11,788 nucleotides of DNA from a bacterium (lineage in GTDB: Bacteria > Zhuqueibacterota > Zhuqueibacteria > Oceanimicrobiales > Oceanimicrobiaceae): contig JBHIAC010000104.1 in assembly GCA_046758365.1 (NCBI GenBank), positions 1 through 11,788 of the forward strand, read 5' to 3'. The position numbers and the translations under genes were made by a program. The notes under the pieces were generated by a model. The model saw only the letters and a program-made list of their open reading frames with translations. It was not told the origin of the DNA and searched no databases. Positions 9,129 through 11,788 of the stretch are shown here, in pieces. Within the stretch, counting starts at the first letter, position 1. Every line of letters begins with the position of its first letter.

Positions 9129-9173
9129 ATCCTAAGTAATTAGACTTTTATTTCGAAAGTCTAAAAATCTATA

Positions 9174-9346
9174 ACCTAAATTGAGCGATTTGTGTTGAAA
9201 TCAACCTCCCGAAGGTTTTAAAAGTTTGCATTGGCTATTGCACAATTCTTACCAACATTTATCAAATCTAAAGTTAAATTGTTAGTTTTTGAACCTTCGG
9301 GAGGTTCTTTCGCGTCGCTTTCAGAAAAGAATCGCTCAGTTTAGGT
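9174..9346. mobile_element. 173-bp MITE-like non-coding element with 17-bp terminal inverted repeats and an internal REP-like doublet
   Basis: ACCTAAATTGAGCGATT (9174-9190) vs AATCGCTCAGTTTAGGT (9330-9346): 16/17 match as an inverted repeat. Flanked by ATA (9171-9173 and 9347-9349), which is weak evidence in AT-rich DNA. Confidence 0.6.
9203..9306. repeat. Perfect 15-bp inverted repeat pair, each arm an imperfect palindrome (REP-doublet-like)
   Basis: AACCTCCCGAAGGTT (9203-9217) and AACCTTCGGGAGGTT (9292-9306), separated by a 74-nt AT-rich spacer. Confidence 0.85.
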
Positions 9347-9391
9347 ATAAAATAAAATTCTTGTTCTTATAATATAAATTAAGGTAGTAAA

Positions 9392-10783
9392 ATGACCCAA
9401 CAGCCAAATCATATTCAATTCCGTGGAGGCCCCTATTTGAGTGTAGTGCCGCTAACAACCTTTATCATAGCTACAATCCTACTCGTAATCCAAGGTGCAC
9501 CAGCAGTAGAAGGAATGATTATGGCTGCTATGCTTGGCATCTCCGTAGGGATGATCTTCGCCCGTGACATCGCGGGTTACAGCGAACGTGTTTTTTCTTT
9601 GATGGCAAACCGCATTGCTACCGTAGCAGTAGTTTGTTGGTTATGGGCCGGCGCGTTCTCAGGTATTCTCGCTAATTCGGGTCTTGTGGAGGCGATTGTT
9701 TGGGTGGGTTGGAAACTTAATTTGACAAGTTCATGGTTTACTCTGGCTGTTTTTATCTCATCGGCGCTCTTTGCCACCTCAGTTGGAACTGGACTGGGAA
9801 CCATCGTTGGTTTTACAGCCGTCATGTATCCGGCTGGCATTGTTCTGGGTGCGAATCCAGCCGCGCTCATGGGGGCCATATTCAGTGGTGCAGCGTTTGG
9901 TGATAACCTCGCACCCATTTCCGACACAACCATCGTGTCTGCTGCGACCCAGGAGACCGATGTAGGTGGCGTTGTGCGCTCCCGTCTAAAGTATGTGCTT
10001 ATCGCAGCGGCGATTTCCGGGTTGTTATTCCTAATCTTTGGAGGCGGTCACTCAATGATTTCAAAGGCAGAAGCCGAACAACTACTTGCTGAGACGGCAG
10101 ACCCAACTGGATTGCCTATGCTGATCCCAGCGGTGATTGTTTTTATTATCGCTGTAAGCGGCCGTCATTTTCTTGCAGCGCTGACCGCGGGTATTATAGC
10201 AGCTATAGTTATTGGACCTGCAACTGGTGTTTTCCCACTCGAGCGCGTCTTTCATATTTCCACGGATGGGTCTGTGGCCGGTAGTGCTGTGGAGGGGGCG
10301 GTTGCATTGTTACCAACCGCTATTCTTACACTCTTGCTTGTAACTTCCATTGGGCTTATGGAGGCCGGTGGATTTCTTAACAAGTTTATAGCCTGGCTTG
10401 AAAAAGCCATTGCACGCTCTGCAAGAGGCACTGAGTTTGCTATCATCGCCCTGATCACCTTTACTAACATTTGTGTGTCGGTAAACACCGTTGCTATGAT
10501 TACAGCGGGACCGCTCGCGAATATTCTACGAAAACGTTTCGACATCCATCCTTATCGTAGCGCTAATCTTCTCGACACGATTTCCTGCTCGTTCCCTTAC
10601 ATTTTACCATACGCAGCCACGATTGTAGCCGCAGGTGCGATTCAGCAGAAAGTTACTGAACATTACGCCTTTGTGGTTGTCCTATCGTGGGAGCAGTTAG
10701 CGCCGTTTTTCTTTTATGGGATCGTTTTATTTCCTTTGATGATTATAGCGGCGATTACAGGTTTTGGACGAAGACATGGATAG
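9392..10783 (+). CDS. Na+/H+ antiporter NhaC-family membrane protein; probable amino-acid transporter
   Basis: 463-aa strongly hydrophobic ORF with many TM-like segments. Carries ATSVGTGLGT and the NhaC-family signature GAIFSGAAFGDNLAPISDTTIVSA. Confidence 0.85.
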   Translation: MTQQPNHIQFRGGPYLSVVPLTTFIIATILLVIQGAPAVEGMIMAAMLGISVGMIFARDIAGYSERVFSLMANRIATVAVVCWLWAGAFSGILANSGLVEAIVWVGWKLNLTSSWFTLAVFISSALFATSVGTGLGTIVGFTAVMYPAGIVLGANPAALMGAIFSGAAFGDNLAPISDTTIVSAATQETDVGGVVRSRLKYVLIAAAISGLLFLIFGGGHSMISKAEAEQLLAETADPTGLPMLIPAVIVFIIAVSGRHFLAALTAGIIAAIVIGPATGVFPLERVFHISTDGSVAGSAVEGAVALLPTAILTLLLVTSIGLMEAGGFLNKFIAWLEKAIARSARGTEFAIIALITFTNICVSVNTVAMITAGPLANILRKRFDIHPYRSANLLDTISCSFPYILPYAATIVAAGAIQQKVTEHYAFVVVLSWEQLAPFFFYGIVLFPLMIIAAITGFGRRHG

Positions 10784-10786
10784 TAC

Positions 10787-10815
10787 TTGACTCTACATAT
10801 CTGGGAGATTATCTT
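10787..10815 (+). promoter_or_regulatory. Candidate sigma70-type promoter immediately after the transporter stop codon
   Basis: TTGACT (10787-10792), 17-nt spacer, TATCTT (10810-10815). Hexamers and spacing are identical to the candidate at 4922-4950. Confidence 0.5.
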
Positions 10816-10876
10816 TTAAGTTGTTAATTAGGGTTGAATATCACAGATTTACTAAAAAGTAGGGGTTAAATTATAT

Positions 10877-11119
10877 TTATGATTCTTCGACAAGTAAACG
10901 ATTACCATGGTCGAAAGCAAAAAATTGTAATAAAAACCCCAAAAAAACCAAACCAATTCGGTTCTGCCACATCCACAAATTCCAGGTTTCCGGGTCCAAA
11001 CGATGCGGCAAATCGTAGGGATTAAAGTAAAGAAAATATCCGTTGGAAGTATATTTTGGTAGTAATTCTTTTACATAAAAAACAAAGATTCGTTTGATAA
11101 TACTATTAGACTTCTGCAA
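10877..11119 (-). other. Possible 3' remnant of a small membrane-protein gene (80-codon ORF)
   Basis: C-terminal hydrophobic segment IGLVFLGFLLQFFAF. The only start is a TTG inside the adjacent MITE, with no SD. Confidence 0.3.
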
Positions 11120-11216
11120 AATAGGGTGTACAACCTTTAGGTTGAGATTGTCATAGGCAGGCTGAAGCCTGTATACCCATTTTGAGCATGCTTTAAATTA
11201 ATTTTGCTGAAGTCTG
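11107..11216. mobile_element. 110-bp MITE with terminal inverted repeats and 8-bp target-site duplication
   Basis: TAGACTTCTGCAAAAT (11107-11122) vs reverse complement of 11201-11216, CAGACTTCAGCAAAAT: 14/16. Exact direct repeat AATACTAT abuts both ends (11099-11106 and 11217-11224). Confidence 0.8.
11124..11178. repeat. Inverted pair of 21-nt REP-like hairpin units
   Basis: GGGTGTA-CAACC-TTTA-GGTTG (11124-11144) and, on the minus strand, GGGTATA-CAGGC-TTCA-GCCTG (11178-11158), with a 13-nt spacer. Confidence 0.75.
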
Positions 11217-11238
11217 AATACTATAAGCGTGGAGTATT

Positions 11239-11682
11239 ATGGAGATTGAAATGAAAGACCTTTTGAAGGATTTTCCGGTGGTGATAGAGATACCTGTGGC
11301 GTGGGGAGAAATGGATGCTTTTCAACACGTCAATAATATAGTTTATTTCCGCTACTTTGAAAGCGCCCGTATAGCCTATTTTGAAAAAATAGATTATATA
11401 AATTTGATGGAGAAAACTGGCGTTGGACCAATTTTGGCCTCAACCCAGTGCAAATTTAAATTACCACTAAACTATCCGGACAAAGTTTCCGTAGGGGTGA
11501 GTATTTCAAACATTGAAGAAGACCGATTTGTTATGAAATATTGTATCGTCAGTCACCGTAGCCAAAAAATTGCGGCAGAAGGGGAAGGGTCGATAGTTTC
11601 TTATAATTATCGAGAAAACAAAAAAGCCCCTATTCCTCAGGAATTGAGACAACGTATCTTAGATTTAGAGAGTTCAGGTTAG
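11239..11682 (+). CDS. Acyl-CoA thioesterase, hot-dog fold (4HBT / YbgC / FadM-like)
   Basis: 147-aa ORF with motif WGEMDAFQHVNNIVYFRYFESAR and FKLPLNYPD. The true start may be ATG 11251 (GGAG at 11241-11244, 6-nt spacing) rather than 11239 (GGAG at 11231-11234, 4-nt spacing). Confidence 0.9.
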   Translation: MEIEMKDLLKDFPVVIEIPVAWGEMDAFQHVNNIVYFRYFESARIAYFEKIDYINLMEKTGVGPILASTQCKFKLPLNYPDKVSVGVSISNIEEDRFVMKYCIVSHRSQKIAAEGEGSIVSYNYRENKKAPIPQELRQRILDLESSG

Positions 11683-11788
11683 AACAGGAAAACTTATATT
11701 TAGCGTGTTCATTCTACACAAAGATAAAAATTCTCTGTACTACAAATCTGCAACACGTTGTTTTTTTAGCAAAGTTTTTTTATATGAA

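Noticed and set aside
9140..9164. 9-bp hairpin TTAGACTTT-N7-AAAGTCTAA after the M20 stop, whose TAGACTT matches the start of the 11107 MITE TIR
   Set aside because: AT-rich stem with no U-tract on the plus strand, so it is a poor terminator. A 7-nt match with no flanking duplication is too little to call a MITE relic.
9129..9391. Amino-acid riboswitch or T-box upstream of the NhaC-family transporter
   Set aside because: I could not see T-box, SAM or lysine riboswitch consensus motifs, and nested inverted repeats explain the structure better. An Rfam scan would settle it.
5916..10545. Overlapping ORFs inside the operon, including the 212-aa 8147-8785 and the 118-aa 9577-9933 on the minus strand
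   Set aside because: All largely or wholly overlap motif-rich genes. The longer ones have the Ser/Ala/Pro/Thr-rich composition typical of antisense shadows.
1..11788. CRISPR array, tRNA/rRNA, transposase, integrase, or phage/defence genes
   Set aside because: No regularly spaced direct repeats, RNA-gene signatures or matching ORFs were seen. All long ORFs are accounted for by metabolic or peptidase families.

Overview
Bacterial DNA, moderately AT-rich, with GGAGG-type Shine-Dalgarno sites; the taxon cannot be assigned from the window. On the minus strand are two predicted exported peptidases: an S9A prolyl oligopeptidase and a lipoprotein Met-zincin metalloprotease, separated by a 12-bp hairpin. 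Divergently on the plus strand is a dead S8 subtilase (in-frame TAA, and 3' truncated before the catalytic Ser). It runs straight into a tightly packed GNAT / NSAR-OSBS / M20 amidohydrolase trio, which matches the known succinylation-racemisation-desuccinylation route from D- to L-amino acids. An NhaC-family transporter and a hot-dog acyl-CoA thioesterase follow. Two intergenic non-coding elements (9174-9346 and 11107-11216) share a nested design: IS-like terminal inverted repeats enclosing an inverted pair of REP-like hairpins. The second has a perfect 8-bp target-site duplication. Two identical TTGACT-N17-TATCTT promoter candidates and one related one are visible. All product calls come from recognising motifs by eye; no database search was run.
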